Shown one piece after another: positions 41,514 to 51,979 of a stretch of 64,000 nucleotides of DNA (positions are counted from its first letter, which is position 1; every line of letters begins with the position of its first letter). The position numbers were made by a program, and so were the translations under genes. This stretch comes from Thermodesulfobacteriota bacterium (lineage in GTDB: Bacteria > Desulfobacterota_D > UBA1144). The stretch spans positions 101,980-165,979 of the forward strand of contig JAYYZJ010000005.1 of assembly GCA_036340075.1 (NCBI GenBank). Reading direction: 5' to 3'. The notes beneath the pieces are model-generated. The model did not search any database. It was not told the origin of the DNA and worked only from the letters and a program-made list of their open reading frames with translations.

Positions 41514-42269
41514 TTATAATACATCTCCTGGATTCATTACATAAACATTAACTCCTAAGTCTTTAACAAGTTCAAGATACTCTTCTGGAGTTCCAACTAA
41601 TACTGGAAAAGTAGCATAATGAAAAGGAATAACATTCTTTACACCTAGAAGTTTTGTAGCATAAAATGCCTCTTTCGGTCCCATGGTAAAATGATCTCCT
41701 ATCGGTAATACAGCTAAGTCAGGAGAATATATATCGCCAATCAATTTCATATCTGAAAATACTGCTGTGTCTCCTGCAAAATAAATAGCGAAACCATTTT
41801 TGAATGTAACAACAAATCCATTAGCAACTCCACCATATAACATTGCTTCTGAAGCTTCATCAGCTATTCCTGAAGCATGGACCGCATTAACCATAGTTAC
41901 TTTTATATCGTTATCTATAGGTTGTGTTCCCCCTATTCCCATTGGCAAAGTATTGGAAATACCTTTTGCATTAAGCCATGTAGAAATTTCAATACTTGTA
42001 ATTATTTTTGCTTCTTTGTTAAGCTCGCATGCTGGAAATAAATCTCCAATATGATCAAAGTGTCCATGCGTAATTAATATATAATCAATATCTTTAGGTT
42101 CTTGAAGATTCTCTGGGCATGCAGGATTGTTCTTTAGCCAGGGATCTATTAATAACCTAGTTCCATCTTTTGTCTCCACTATATATGTAGAATGACCTAC
42201 ATATGTTATATCTACTTCTTTGTTGTCCATAATACTCCTCCTGGATATTAAAATTATAATTAAATCCAT
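41514..42269 (-). CDS. MBL-fold metal-dependent hydrolase (UPF0173-like)
   Basis: HGHFDH motif (ILITHGHFDHIGD). TYVGHSTYIVET...LLIDP N-terminus is typical of UPF0173 proteins. Confidence 0.7.
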   Translation of the reverse strand: MDLIIILISRRSIMDNKEVDITYVGHSTYIVETKDGTRLLIDPWLKNNPACPENLQEPKDIDYILITHGHFDHIGDLFPACELNKEAKIITSIEISTWLNAKGISNTLPMGIGGTQPIDNDIKVTMVNAVHASGIADEASEAMLYGGVANGFVVTFKNGFAIYFAGDTAVFSDMKLIGDIYSPDLAVLPIGDHFTMGPKEAFYATKLLGVKNVIPFHYATFPVLVGTPEEYLELVKDLGVNVYVMNPGDVL

Positions 42270-42307
42270 GTTATGATATACGAAAAAAAAAGTGAGTTCA
42301 AATTGAA

Positions 42308-43567
42308 GTGATAGACCCTAATTTTATATATGAAAATGAAGAACTAGTTAAGAGAAAATTTGCTGAAAAGGGCTATGATTTCGACTTTAAATATTTTTCT
42401 AGAGTTTACACTGGTCGGAAAAAAGTTATTCAAGATTTAGAAGAGCTTAGAAAAAAACAAAATGATTTCAATAAAATGATATCGGACGAAAAAAGAAAGC
42501 CTAATGATTCCGAACTAGAGAAAATCAAGGAATTATCAACTCAGATTAAGCAAGCCGAAGAACTTAGAAGAAATGCTGATGGCTTATTCAATGTAGTACT
42601 TTTACAATATCCAAATATTCATGATGACACTGTACCAGCTGGAAAATCATCTAATGAAAACAAGACTATCAAAGAAGTTGGCAAAATAAGAACTTTTGAT
42701 TTCAAAATTAGTGACCATACGGAAATAGGGAAGAATTTAAATTTGTTTGACTTAGAAGTAGCAGCAAAAATAACTGGGACAAGATTTAATCTATATAAAG
42801 GCTTGGGCGCTAAACTTGAAAGAGCTTTGATTAATTTCATGCTAGACGAACATGGGAAAAAAGGGTATGAAGAAATTTTTCCACCATTCATTTGTAATGA
42901 AAATAGTTTTATTGGTACTGGCAATTTACCAAAATTTGAACAAGATTTATTTAAAATAGAAGGAACAAAAAACTATTTAATACCAACTGCAGAAGTGCCA
43001 CTTACTAATATTCATTCTGAAGAAATTTTAAGTATTTCTAGATTTCCAATTAAGTATGTAGCGTATAGTGCTTGCTTCCGTTCGGAAGCTGGATCTTATG
43101 GAAAGGACGTGAAAGGATTAATAAGACAACATCAATTTAATAAAATAGAACTTGTAAAATTTGTCGATGAACAATCTTCGTATGAAGAATTAGAAACTTT
43201 AACAGAAGATGCTTGCAGTATATTAGATAAATTAAAATTGCCATACAGAGTGGTAACCTTGTGCTCCGGGGATATGAGTTTCTCCTCTGCTAAAACATAT
43301 GACATTGAAGTTTGGCTACCTTCTGAAAACCAATATAGAGAAATATCTTCTTGTAGTAATTTTTGCTCGTTTCAAGCTAGAAGAGCAAATATTCGTTACA
43401 AGATTGATAACAAAACTAAGTTTGCTCATACATTAAATGGTTCAGGTCTGGCTGTCGGTAGAACATTGATTGCAATTCTTGAAAATTATCAAAATAAAGA
43501 TGGAAGTGTTGAAATACCTGAAATCCTCATACCTTATATGAATAATTTAAAAAAGATAGAGGTCTAA
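42308..43567 (+). CDS. serS: serine--tRNA ligase
   Basis: 419 aa. N-terminal coiled coil plus class II core (FRSEAGS, GSGLAVGRTLIAILEN). Confidence 0.9.
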   Translation: MIDPNFIYENEELVKRKFAEKGYDFDFKYFSRVYTGRKKVIQDLEELRKKQNDFNKMISDEKRKPNDSELEKIKELSTQIKQAEELRRNADGLFNVVLLQYPNIHDDTVPAGKSSNENKTIKEVGKIRTFDFKISDHTEIGKNLNLFDLEVAAKITGTRFNLYKGLGAKLERALINFMLDEHGKKGYEEIFPPFICNENSFIGTGNLPKFEQDLFKIEGTKNYLIPTAEVPLTNIHSEEILSISRFPIKYVAYSACFRSEAGSYGKDVKGLIRQHQFNKIELVKFVDEQSSYEELETLTEDACSILDKLKLPYRVVTLCSGDMSFSSAKTYDIEVWLPSENQYREISSCSNFCSFQARRANIRYKIDNKTKFAHTLNGSGLAVGRTLIAILENYQNKDGSVEIPEILIPYMNNLKKIEV

Positions 43568-44118
43568 ATATTTAGAATTTCTTTTTCTTTTTTACCACTT
43601 TCATTATTTATTAATTCTATGTAATTATCTGTGTGATTTTGTATTCTTTTTAAACCTGTTTTCTCATCGTCTGATGTTATCACTTTAGATTTCTGCAGTT
43701 TCTTTACTTCTTCATTAAACTCTTTTCTTATGTTACGTATTGAGATTCTGAATGATTCAGTTTCCTTATTAAGAAACTTAACAAGCTCCTCTCTTCTTTC
43801 TTGAGTTAGAGGTGGCACATTAATAATAATTACATCTTTCTCAATATTAGGATTAAATCCAAGGTCGGATTTTTGTATTGATTTAACAATTTCTTCTGAG
43901 ACACTCTGATCATAGGGTGTAATTAATATTGTAGAGCTCTCATTCATATTTATATTGCATACTTGATTTAAAGGGGTTGGAGCCCCATAGTAGTCTACTT
44001 TTATTTCATCAAACAAAGCCTTATTTATCGAACCTCCTCTAATTTTTGAGATTTCTTTAGTAAAAGACTCTAAAGTTTTTTTCATTTTTGATTCACATTC
44101 TATTATCAAATTATCCAT
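43564..44118 (-). CDS. frr: ribosome recycling factor
   Basis: 184 aa. IRGGSINKALFDEIKVDYYG and C-terminal TDDEKTGLKRIQNHTDNY. Confidence 0.9.
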   Translation of the reverse strand: MDNLIIECESKMKKTLESFTKEISKIRGGSINKALFDEIKVDYYGAPTPLNQVCNINMNESSTILITPYDQSVSEEIVKSIQKSDLGFNPNIEKDVIIINVPPLTQERREELVKFLNKETESFRISIRNIRKEFNEEVKKLQKSKVITSDDEKTGLKRIQNHTDNYIELINNESGKKEKEILNI

Positions 44119-44119
44119 T

Positions 44120-44860
44120 TTAACTAACGATAGTACCTATCTTTTTACCTTCTATAATTTTCCTTATATTGTTTTTAACAAACAGATTAAAAACACATAT
44201 TGGGATTTTGTTGTCTTTACAAAGAGAAATTGCTGTTGAATCCATTATTTCCAGCTCTTTTTCTAGTACTTCCATATATTTCAACTTATTAAACATTTTA
44301 GCATCACTATGCTTAATTGGATCCTTATTGTAGACACCATTTACTTTTGTAGCCTTTAAAATTATTTCTGCATTAATCTCTAATGCTCTTAATGAAGCTG
44401 CTGTATCTGTTGTAAAATAAGGATTACCTGTTCCTGCGGCGAATATAACAACTCGTCCTTTTTCTAAATGTCTCATTGCTCTTCTTTGAATATAAGGTTC
44501 TGCAACTCTGTTTAATTCTAATGCAGTCTGGACTCTGGTAGCTAGCCCTTCTTTCTCTAGGAAATGCTGTAGGGCTAAGGAATTAATTGCAGTAGCTAGC
44601 ATTCCCATATAATCAGCAGTAGTCCTATCCATACCCTGAGCAGATGCGGATACACCTCTGTAAATATTACCTCCACCTATCACTATAGAAACTTGGACTC
44701 CTAACTTAACAACTTCAGCAATTTCATTTGCAATTCTTAAAAGTGTTTTATTGTCTATTCCGTATCCTAAATCGCCCTGTAAAGCTTCTCCACTAAGTTT
44801 TAGTAGAACTCTAGTGTAATGAGTTTTTTTTCTTCTAACCATCAGTTTGAGTTTCACCAA
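44120..44860 (-). CDS. pyrH: UMP kinase
   Basis: [19 protein letters not shown], and [14 protein letters not shown]. Confidence 0.9.
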   Translation of the reverse strand: MVKLKLMVRRKKTHYTRVLLKLSGEALQGDLGYGIDNKTLLRIANEIAEVVKLGVQVSIVIGGGNIYRGVSASAQGMDRTTADYMGMLATAINSLALQHFLEKEGLATRVQTALELNRVAEPYIQRRAMRHLEKGRVVIFAAGTGNPYFTTDTAASLRALEINAEIILKATKVNGVYNKDPIKHSDAKMFNKLKYMEVLEKELEIMDSTAISLCKDNKIPICVFNLFVKNNIRKIIEGKKIGTIVS

Positions 44861-45449
44861 CCTGATATCGAATAAATCTAGATATCTTTATATTTTCTCC
44901 TAATTTGGAGACTAGCTCATTTACCAAATCTTCGATTTTCATCTTAGAGTCTCTAATGTAGACTTGATTCATCAAACAACTCTCTTCGAGTCTTTTGTTT
45001 AGTTTCCCTTCAATCATTTTTTCTGCCACTTCAGCTTTCTTTCCTGATTCTTCGACTTGAGCAATAATAATTTTTCTTTCATTTTCAACAAAATTATCAT
45101 CTATATCTTCTTTAGAAACAAAAGTTGGATCAGAGGCAGCTATTTGCATTGCTATTTCTCTTGCAAATGATTGAAATTCATCATTTCTTGCAACAAAATC
45201 AGTTTCACAATTTATTTCTACTAAGACTCCTATTTTTCCACCTGCGTGTATATAAGAAAACACAAGTCCTTCAGGAGTATTTCTACCACTCTTTTTTTCA
45301 ACCTTTGATAAACCTTTTATTTTAAGAATCTCGATAGCTTTTTCAGTATCACCATCAGCTTCGCTAAGCGCATTTTTACACTCTAACAAAGGGGCTCCAG
45401 TTCTTTCTCTTACTTCTCTTATCAGTTCTGGAGAGACGGAATCACTCAT
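44835..45449 (-). CDS. tsf: elongation factor Ts (short form, 204 aa)
   Basis: [23 protein letters not shown]-like N-terminus followed by a single core domain. Confidence 0.85.
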   Translation of the reverse strand: MSDSVSPELIREVRERTGAPLLECKNALSEADGDTEKAIEILKIKGLSKVEKKSGRNTPEGLVFSYIHAGGKIGVLVEINCETDFVARNDEFQSFAREIAMQIAASDPTFVSKEDIDDNFVENERKIIIAQVEESGKKAEVAEKMIEGKLNKRLEESCLMNQVYIRDSKMKIEDLVNELVSKLGENIKISRFIRYQVGETQTDG

Positions 45450-45451
45450 AA

Positions 45452-46339
45452 TTATTCCTTTTCGGTTTCTAATTCATTTTTAGATTCAGAGTAGGCAATG
45501 GAATCTTCTTCATCTTTTGTATCTGTTTTAAATACAAAAGCTTTTCTCTCAACAAGAAAATCATTTTCTTCTTTGTTTGGAGTAATTTCACCTGATTTTA
45601 CTTTTTCATTGTATATATGTTTGCCTTCAGTACAAGCATTTGCAATCTTTTCTATACATAATTTCACTGCTCTAACCGCATCATCATTACTTGGAATAAT
45701 GTAATCAGCATCTGCTGGATCTGCATTGGTATCAACTATACCAACGATTGGTATACCAATTTTCTTTGCTTCTCTAATAGCTATATCTTCTTTCTTTGTG
45801 TCTACTACAAAAATAGCTCCTGGCATCTTCCTCATATTTAAAATACCATTCAATAAATATTCTAGTTTCTTCATTTCTCTATTAAGGGAAATTTGTTCTT
45901 TTTTTGGTAGATTATCCATTTCCCCATCTTCTTTTAATTTTCTTAATTGAATTAGATATTCAACTCTTGAACGAATAGTATTAAAATTAGTAAGTGTTCC
46001 ACCTAACCATCGTGAATTAACAAAAGGCATATCACATTCAAGTGCTTGTTCCTGTATCAATGCTTGGGCTTGCTTTTTTGTCCCAACAAACAATATATCC
46101 TTCCCTGAAGAAACCAAATCTCTTACAAAATCATATGCAATTAAAAAAGATTTTAGAGTTTTTTGTAAATCAATTATATGAATACCATTACGTGATCCAT
46201 AAATATATTCCTTCATTGCGGGATTCCACTGGCTTGATTGGTGTCCAAAATGAACTCCAGCTTCAAGGAGCTGTTTCATCGTAATAACACCATCTTCGGC
46301 TTGTTCAGCTTGAAGATCTTGTACTTGTTCGTCACTCAT
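45452..46339 (-). CDS. rpsB: 30S ribosomal protein S2
   Basis: LLEAGVHFGHQSSQWNP core. The ORF has 20 extra N-terminal residues and an acidic C-terminal tail; an internal Met at 46279 may be the true start. Confidence 0.9.
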   Translation of the reverse strand: MSDEQVQDLQAEQAEDGVITMKQLLEAGVHFGHQSSQWNPAMKEYIYGSRNGIHIIDLQKTLKSFLIAYDFVRDLVSSGKDILFVGTKKQAQALIQEQALECDMPFVNSRWLGGTLTNFNTIRSRVEYLIQLRKLKEDGEMDNLPKKEQISLNREMKKLEYLLNGILNMRKMPGAIFVVDTKKEDIAIREAKKIGIPIVGIVDTNADPADADYIIPSNDDAVRAVKLCIEKIANACTEGKHIYNEKVKSGEITPNKEENDFLVERKAFVFKTDTKDEEDSIAYSESKNELETEKE

Positions 46340-46446
46340 TAAGCTGAAAAGTTAACATAAATAATATTAAAATCAAATCGTGTCCATAAATTCTATTCTA
46401 TAAAAAAATACGATAAATGATATATTATATAGGGTTTAGATGGAAT

Positions 46447-46529
46447 GGAGGGCTGGCAGAATTGGCAATGCACCGGTCTTGAAAACCGGCGTCCTCACGG
46501 ACTTCAGGGTTCGAGTCCCTGGCCCTCCG
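46447..46529 (+). tRNA. tRNA-Ser (anticodon UGA), type II with long variable arm
   Basis: Acceptor GGAGGGC/GCCCTCC, anticodon stem CCGGT/ACCGG with loop CTTGAAA, long extra arm CGTCCTCACGGACTTC, T-arm AGGGTTCGAGTCCCT. No encoded CCA. Confidence 0.85.
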
Positions 46530-46536
46530 GAATTTT

Positions 46537-47370
46537 ATGAGTTTTAATATTGTATCTACACCAATAGGAAACCTTGAAGATATTTCAAATAGAGCTATTA
46601 GAACGCTTAAGAACTCAGAGATTATACTCTGTGAAAAAAAAACAAGGGCCATTAAATTATTAAATCATTTAAAAATCAAACCAGAGTTACTAATTCCTTA
46701 TCATGATGAAAAATTTAACAAGATATCAAAATTGGTTATTAAGGAACTAAATAATGAGAAGACTATTTCGTTAATTTCTGATGCAGGGACTCCATTGATT
46801 TCTGACCCAGGATTCAAACTAATCTCTGAATTGATTAAAAATAATATAGAGCCAGTAACAATTCCAGGTCCCTCGTCAGTTATATCAAGTCTTACGTTGT
46901 CAGGCATGGATATAAGTAATTTTATTTTTCTAGGTTTCCTTCCTAAAAGAGATAAAAAGATTCTGGAAATTTTAAAAAAGAATTTATCTGTATATATACC
47001 GGTTGTTATCTTTTCTAATTCAAAGAATCTAAAAATAATTCTGAGAATTATAGAAAAGAACTTTTCAAGCTCATCTATATCAATCTCCAAAGAAATATCA
47101 AAGATAAATGAAGAAACTCGAAGAGGTACTATCGATTATATTTTAAAAAATATAGAGGATACATTTTATAATAAAGGTGAGTTTGTACTAATAGTAAAAA
47201 ATGAGCCTAGCAATAACAGTAATCAAATAAATGAATTATTAGAGTTTCTAGAAATCTTTAAAAATGAAGGAATCTCCCTCAAAAAAACTGTAGATATATT
47301 AAATAAAAAATTTAACATAGGGAAAAAAGTAATTTACTCTGAGGCTTTAAAGAAATGGAATCAAGATTAA
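46537..47370 (+). CDS. rsmI: 16S rRNA (cytidine1402-2'-O)-methyltransferase RsmI
   Basis: Tetrapyrrole-methylase-fold motifs VSTPIGNLEDIS and SDAGTPLISDPG. Confidence 0.8.
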   Translation: MSFNIVSTPIGNLEDISNRAIRTLKNSEIILCEKKTRAIKLLNHLKIKPELLIPYHDEKFNKISKLVIKELNNEKTISLISDAGTPLISDPGFKLISELIKNNIEPVTIPGPSSVISSLTLSGMDISNFIFLGFLPKRDKKILEILKKNLSVYIPVVIFSNSKNLKIILRIIEKNFSSSSISISKEISKINEETRRGTIDYILKNIEDTFYNKGEFVLIVKNEPSNNSNQINELLEFLEIFKNEGISLKKTVDILNKKFNIGKKVIYSEALKKWNQD

Positions 47371-48824
47371 GGCTTTTGGGTGAAAGAAACTTCATTCTCT
47401 ATCAATGCGGATATCTTTAGTAATTTATTTTCTTCCATTTTATTTGCGGTCAATTGAATTCCAATAGGTAGATTAGTTCTTGATAATACAAATGGTATAG
47501 ATATAGATGGTAGTTCAGCTAAGTTTGCTGGTATAGTCAAAATATCTGACAAATACATACTAAGTGGATTATCTTTTTTCTCACCAATATTAAATGGCAA
47601 TTCTGGACAAGTTGGAGACAAAATACAATCGACATCTTTGAAGGCTAAATTAAAATCATTAATTATCATATTTTTAACATTAATTGCTTTAAGATAATAA
47701 GCATCATAATATCCTGAAGATAATGCGTACGTTCCAAGCATAATTCTTCTCTTAACTTCTTCGCCAAAACCTTTGGAACGATTATTAACATAAAAATCTT
47801 CTAAATCACCTTCTTTAATATCTTCTGAAAAACCATACCTAACACCATCATATCTAGATAAATTAGAGCTAGCCTCTGATGGTGCAATAATATAGTAAGT
47901 TGCAACAGCATATTTTGTATTTGGTAGTTCTACATCTTTTATTGTAAATCCTGACGACTTAAGGGTTTTAATCAAATTCTTGAAATTATCATTTACTTCA
48001 TCATTCATTCCTTCTGCTAGCATTGATGATGGTACGCCAATAGTAAATTCTTGAGGAGTAAAAGCTCCATTTTTTAAAATATTATATGATTCTGTGCTAG
48101 CAATGTTAGCAGAAGTAGAATCTTTAGAATCAAAACCTGTCAGCAAATCAAGCAAAATTGCAGCATCATTTACACTTGTTGTTAGGGGGCCGGCTTGATC
48201 TAGAGAAGACGAGAAAGCAATCATTCCATATCTACTAATCCTTCCGTAAGAAGGCTTGAGTCCAACGATTCCGCAAAAAGAAGCTGGCTGTCTGATTGAA
48301 CCTCCAGTATCAGTTCCTATAGATGCAATAGCCAAACCTGCAGCAACTGCTGCAGCAGAACCTCCACTTGATCCTCCTGGAACTTTATTCGTATCCCACG
48401 GGTTAAAAGTTGGACCATAATACGAAGTTTCGGTAGATGAACCCATTGCAAATTCATCCATATTGTTTTTTCCTAAAATTATTGCTCCAGCTGATTCTAA
48501 TTTTTCGTATACTGTAGAACTATAATTTGAAACATAGTTGCTAAGCATTTTTGATCCACAAGTACAAAGCTCGTTTTTAACTAAGAATATATCTTTTAAG
48601 CTGATTGGAACACCATGCACTTCGCTTTTATAATTCTCATTTTTAATATCTTCATCGACAATCTTTGAGCTCTCAATCGCAGCTTCTTTAAATAAAGTTA
48701 TATAAGAATTAAGCTTTGGGTCAGTCTCTTCTATTCTATCAAATAAGGTTTTTGTTATCTCGGAAGGAAGAAATTCTTTATTTCTATAACCATTAATAAT
48801 ACTTTCAATAGTCATTCTTTTCAT
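47367..48824 (-). CDS. gatA: Glu-tRNA(Gln) amidotransferase subunit A
   Basis: 485 aa. Amidase signature ([14 protein letters not shown]...[16 protein letters not shown]). Confidence 0.9.
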   Translation of the reverse strand: MKRMTIESIINGYRNKEFLPSEITKTLFDRIEETDPKLNSYITLFKEAAIESSKIVDEDIKNENYKSEVHGVPISLKDIFLVKNELCTCGSKMLSNYVSNYSSTVYEKLESAGAIILGKNNMDEFAMGSSTETSYYGPTFNPWDTNKVPGGSSGGSAAAVAAGLAIASIGTDTGGSIRQPASFCGIVGLKPSYGRISRYGMIAFSSSLDQAGPLTTSVNDAAILLDLLTGFDSKDSTSANIASTESYNILKNGAFTPQEFTIGVPSSMLAEGMNDEVNDNFKNLIKTLKSSGFTIKDVELPNTKYAVATYYIIAPSEASSNLSRYDGVRYGFSEDIKEGDLEDFYVNNRSKGFGEEVKRRIMLGTYALSSGYYDAYYLKAINVKNMIINDFNLAFKDVDCILSPTCPELPFNIGEKKDNPLSMYLSDILTIPANLAELPSISIPFVLSRTNLPIGIQLTANKMEENKLLKISALIENEVSFTQKP

Positions 48825-48828
48825 TTAA

Positions 48829-49119
48829 TTATTCCTCGTCTATAACCTTTTTTACTAAAAAGAAGTTTCCATCTTTCCTTGGTGCATTTTTTAAAACTTC
48901 ATCAACATCAAGCTTAGAAATAGAATCATCATCTCTTTTTGCATAATCAGGATTAGTTATATTGTTTTTTTCTAGTTGGTCTTCTGAAGCAAGATTGAGT
49001 AATTCAATGTAACTTAGAATTTCGGAAAAGTTTTTCACAAAGGAATCAATTTTCTCTTCTTCTACAGAAAGCCTAGAAAGCTTAGAAATTTTCTTTACAA
49101 GTTCTTTCTCTTCTGACAT
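48829..49119 (-). CDS. gatC: Glu-tRNA(Gln) amidotransferase subunit C
   Basis: 96 aa. ISKLSRLSVEEEK start. Sits immediately upstream of gatA. Confidence 0.8.
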   Translation of the reverse strand: MSEEKELVKKISKLSRLSVEEEKIDSFVKNFSEILSYIELLNLASEDQLEKNNITNPDYAKRDDDSISKLDVDEVLKNAPRKDGNFFLVKKVIDEE

Positions 49120-49128
49120 TTTAAAATC

Positions 49129-50130
49129 TCACCATGTATTTAGTTTTTCAACAATAAAATCTAACACATTTTTCTCTAGTTTGACGTTATTAGCTCGATT
49201 AATTTCTTGAACACATGTGGGACTAGTTATATTTATTTCAGTTAGCTTTCCTCCAATAATATCTATGCCAGCAAAATATATGCCAGACTCGATAAGGAAA
49301 CTCTTAATTTTATTGCAGATATTGATATCATCTTTATTTATTTCTGTAGGATATGGACTTCCACCTGCATGAAAATTGCATATAAAGCTCCCCTCTTTTG
49401 CTACTCTTAATATAGCGCCTAATGGTTCTCCATTTAACATGATAATTCTTTTATCACCTTCATAAACTTCTTTTATAAATTCTTGAATAATATATTGACT
49501 ATCATCTAAATTTAAAGAATCAAAATTTCTCCCATTATACATCTGCACACCTTCTCCTCCACACAGATTTAAGGGCTTAATAACTATACCAGTTGGAAAT
49601 ATTTCAATATACTCTTCTAAAATTGATTGATTAGGCTTGTCTATTAGAAAAGTTTTTGGAATTAATTCAGGCCATTTCAAAGTGCATAGCTTCTCATTAG
49701 TAAATAAAGAGCTAGGTTTGTTAATTATTAATACTTCATCTTGAATTTTTTCTAAACAAGAACAACATTGAAGATATTCATCATCAACTGGCGGATCTGA
49801 CCTCATAAATATTAAATCTGCATCTGTTAAATTAAAATTTTCTAAAATATAATAATCTTCATCACTCTTAATCTTCATTTGTGATTTTATCCCCCATTTT
49901 GAATTAACAAATACTGACTCCTTCACAAAATCTTTTTCTAAGACTTCAACAACATATGCTTTTTTGGAAAACACTGTTTTATTATCATTGTGTAAATTAA
50001 CAGATCTATGATCACAAATTAAAATGCTGAATCCTCTTCTTTGTGCTTCAAGCATAAGAACATAGCTTGTATCTTTATCAAGATTAATTTCGTTTTCGGT
50101 GCTAATAATAAAAAGTGCTATTTGATTCAT
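49129..50130 (-). CDS. gshB: glutathione synthetase (ATP-grasp)
   Basis: Aligns to E. coli GshB (DTSYVLMLEAQRRGF, INKPSSL, DKRIIMLNGEP, GIDIIGGKLTEINITSPTCVQEI). Confidence 0.75.
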   Translation of the reverse strand: MNQIALFIISTENEINLDKDTSYVLMLEAQRRGFSILICDHRSVNLHNDNKTVFSKKAYVVEVLEKDFVKESVFVNSKWGIKSQMKIKSDEDYYILENFNLTDADLIFMRSDPPVDDEYLQCCSCLEKIQDEVLIINKPSSLFTNEKLCTLKWPELIPKTFLIDKPNQSILEEYIEIFPTGIVIKPLNLCGGEGVQMYNGRNFDSLNLDDSQYIIQEFIKEVYEGDKRIIMLNGEPLGAILRVAKEGSFICNFHAGGSPYPTEINKDDINICNKIKSFLIESGIYFAGIDIIGGKLTEINITSPTCVQEINRANNVKLEKNVLDFIVEKLNTW

Positions 50131-51203
50131 TAAATCATTTCTACAAACTTTTTAAAATATTTTCTGGAATCATGAGGTCCAGGAGATGCTTCAGGATGAT
50201 ATTGGACAGAGAAACATTTGTGCATCTTTGACTCTATGCCTTCTACTGTGCCATCGTTAAGATTAATATGTGTAATTTTAACATTATCAATTTTGGAATT
50301 TGTTACTGCAAATCCATGATTCTGACTTGTTATCTCTACTTTTTTATCAGACAAATTCATCACTGGATGATTACCACCTCTATGACCAAACTTAAGTTTA
50401 AAAGTTTTCATTCCTAATGCTAATGAAAGTAGTTGATGTCCCAAACAAATACCAAATATGGGTTTAAAGCCTAATAGATTTCTAATATTGTCAATTGCAT
50501 AACTAGCTGCCGACGGATCACCAGGACCATTTGAAAGCAATATACCGTCAGGTTTAATTTTTTTTACTTCTTCGACACTCGTGGTAGAAGGTCCAACAGT
50601 AAGGTTAACCTTTAATTCATCGCTTAATATATTAAGTATATTTTTTTTACAACCATAATCATAAACAAAAATGTTTTTTTTATTCCTTTTATTTTGAATT
50701 GTATATATCTCTTCACAAGTGGCTTGCAGAGTTAAATCAGTTCCTTTCATAAGCGGAGAATCTTTAATTTTTTTCATTAATTTAGCTTCATCCTTTTCTG
50801 TAGAAGAGATAATACATCTTTGAGCTCCTTGATTTCTAACAATTTTAGTTAGTTCTCGCGTGTCAATATTCGAAATGCCTACAACTTTATTTTTAATCAA
50901 ATATTCTTCCAAGCTCATTTCGGAAATAAAATTTGAAGGATAAGTACAAAATTCTCTTGCTATAAATCCTTTTGCATAGCATTGATTAGATTCGTTATCT
51001 TTTTGATTAATTCCATAATTTCCTATATGCGGATATGTCATCAATATTACTTGAGAATGATAGGAAGGATCAGTAAGAATTTCTTGGTAGCCAGTCATTG
51101 ATGTATTAAAAACTATCTCTCCTAGTGATTCACCATCATAGCCAAAATGCTGGCCATTAAAGACTCTCCCATTTTCTAGACATAACTTAGAGGTTTTACC
51201 CAT
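50130..51203 (-). CDS. carA: carbamoyl-phosphate synthase small subunit; start placed at the internal Met (the ORF extends to 51242)
   Basis: MGKTSKLCLENGRVFNGQHFG aligns with the E. coli CarA N-terminus MIKSALLVLEDGTQFHG. GATase catalytic Cys (GICLGHQ) and His (HPE). The longer ORF would overlap the divergent plsC start. Confidence 0.85.
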   Translation of the reverse strand: MGKTSKLCLENGRVFNGQHFGYDGESLGEIVFNTSMTGYQEILTDPSYHSQVILMTYPHIGNYGINQKDNESNQCYAKGFIAREFCTYPSNFISEMSLEEYLIKNKVVGISNIDTRELTKIVRNQGAQRCIISSTEKDEAKLMKKIKDSPLMKGTDLTLQATCEEIYTIQNKRNKKNIFVYDYGCKKNILNILSDELKVNLTVGPSTTSVEEVKKIKPDGILLSNGPGDPSAASYAIDNIRNLLGFKPIFGICLGHQLLSLALGMKTFKLKFGHRGGNHPVMNLSDKKVEITSQNHGFAVTNSKIDNVKITHINLNDGTVEGIESKMHKCFSVQYHPEASPGPHDSRKYFKKFVEMI

Positions 51204-51235
51204 TAAAATAGTGAAAATACTTCTTTTAATAAAGT

Positions 51236-51979
51236 TTGTCAATTTTTAAAACCATATTAAAATACTTTATGCTCGGGATAGGAAGATTACTGAAGAATAT
51301 AGATACCGATTTTTTTACTTTTGATTATTATCCTTCTGGAGACGTAAAGTCTTATCACCTTAAATATTGGCTAATTTTCATAGTTAACCTATATTTAAAA
51401 GTCTATCATAGAGTCGAGGTGGTAAATCCAGAAAAAATACCACTCACTGGTGGAGCGGTAATAGCTTCCAATCATACTTCACATCTAGATGGAATTATAA
51501 TAAATGCCATAACGGCCTTTCATACTAGAAGAAAAATTAACTTTCTTGCTGCTGAAGATGTATACAATCAAAATTTCTTATTCAAATTTTTATGTAATTT
51601 AGGTAATTGCATTCCTGTCAAAAGGTCAACTAGTGACAGAGTTGCTCTTTTAAAAGTAATTAAACTATTAAAAAGAAAAAATCTTGTTGGGATTTTTCCT
51701 GAAGGTCAACGTTCTAGAAATGGTAAAATTGGGGATGGTAAACTTGGAGTTTCAATAATGGCAATCAAGTCCGGTGTCCCTATAATTCCCCTAGCAATAA
51801 AAGGTACATTTGAAGCTTTTCCTAGAAAAACTAAATTTATCAAACCAAACAAAATCATTCTTAAGTTTGGTGATCCGATTACATACGAAGTTGAAGAAAA
51901 GCCAACCAAAGAAAGAATAAACGAAGTGAAAAATCATATAATGGATGAAATTAAAAAATCTTTTAACTCTATTCCTTAA
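51236..51979 (+). CDS. plsC: 1-acyl-sn-glycerol-3-phosphate acyltransferase
   Basis: NHTSHLDG (HX4D), FPEGQRS, and IPIIPLAIKG. Confidence 0.75.
   Translation: MSIFKTILKYFMLGIGRLLKNIDTDFFTFDYYPSGDVKSYHLKYWLIFIVNLYLKVYHRVEVVNPEKIPLTGGAVIASNHTSHLDGIIINAITAFHTRRKINFLAAEDVYNQNFLFKFLCNLGNCIPVKRSTSDRVALLKVIKLLKRKNLVGIFPEGQRSRNGKIGDGKLGVSIMAIKSGVPIIPLAIKGTFEAFPRKTKFIKPNKIILKFGDPITYEVEEKPTKERINEVKNHIMDEIKKSFNSIP

Noticed and set aside
46425-46652. Minus-strand 75-aa ORF
   Set aside because: Overlaps tRNA-Ser and the start of rsmI on the opposite strand. No RBS, and the structural RNA explains the region.
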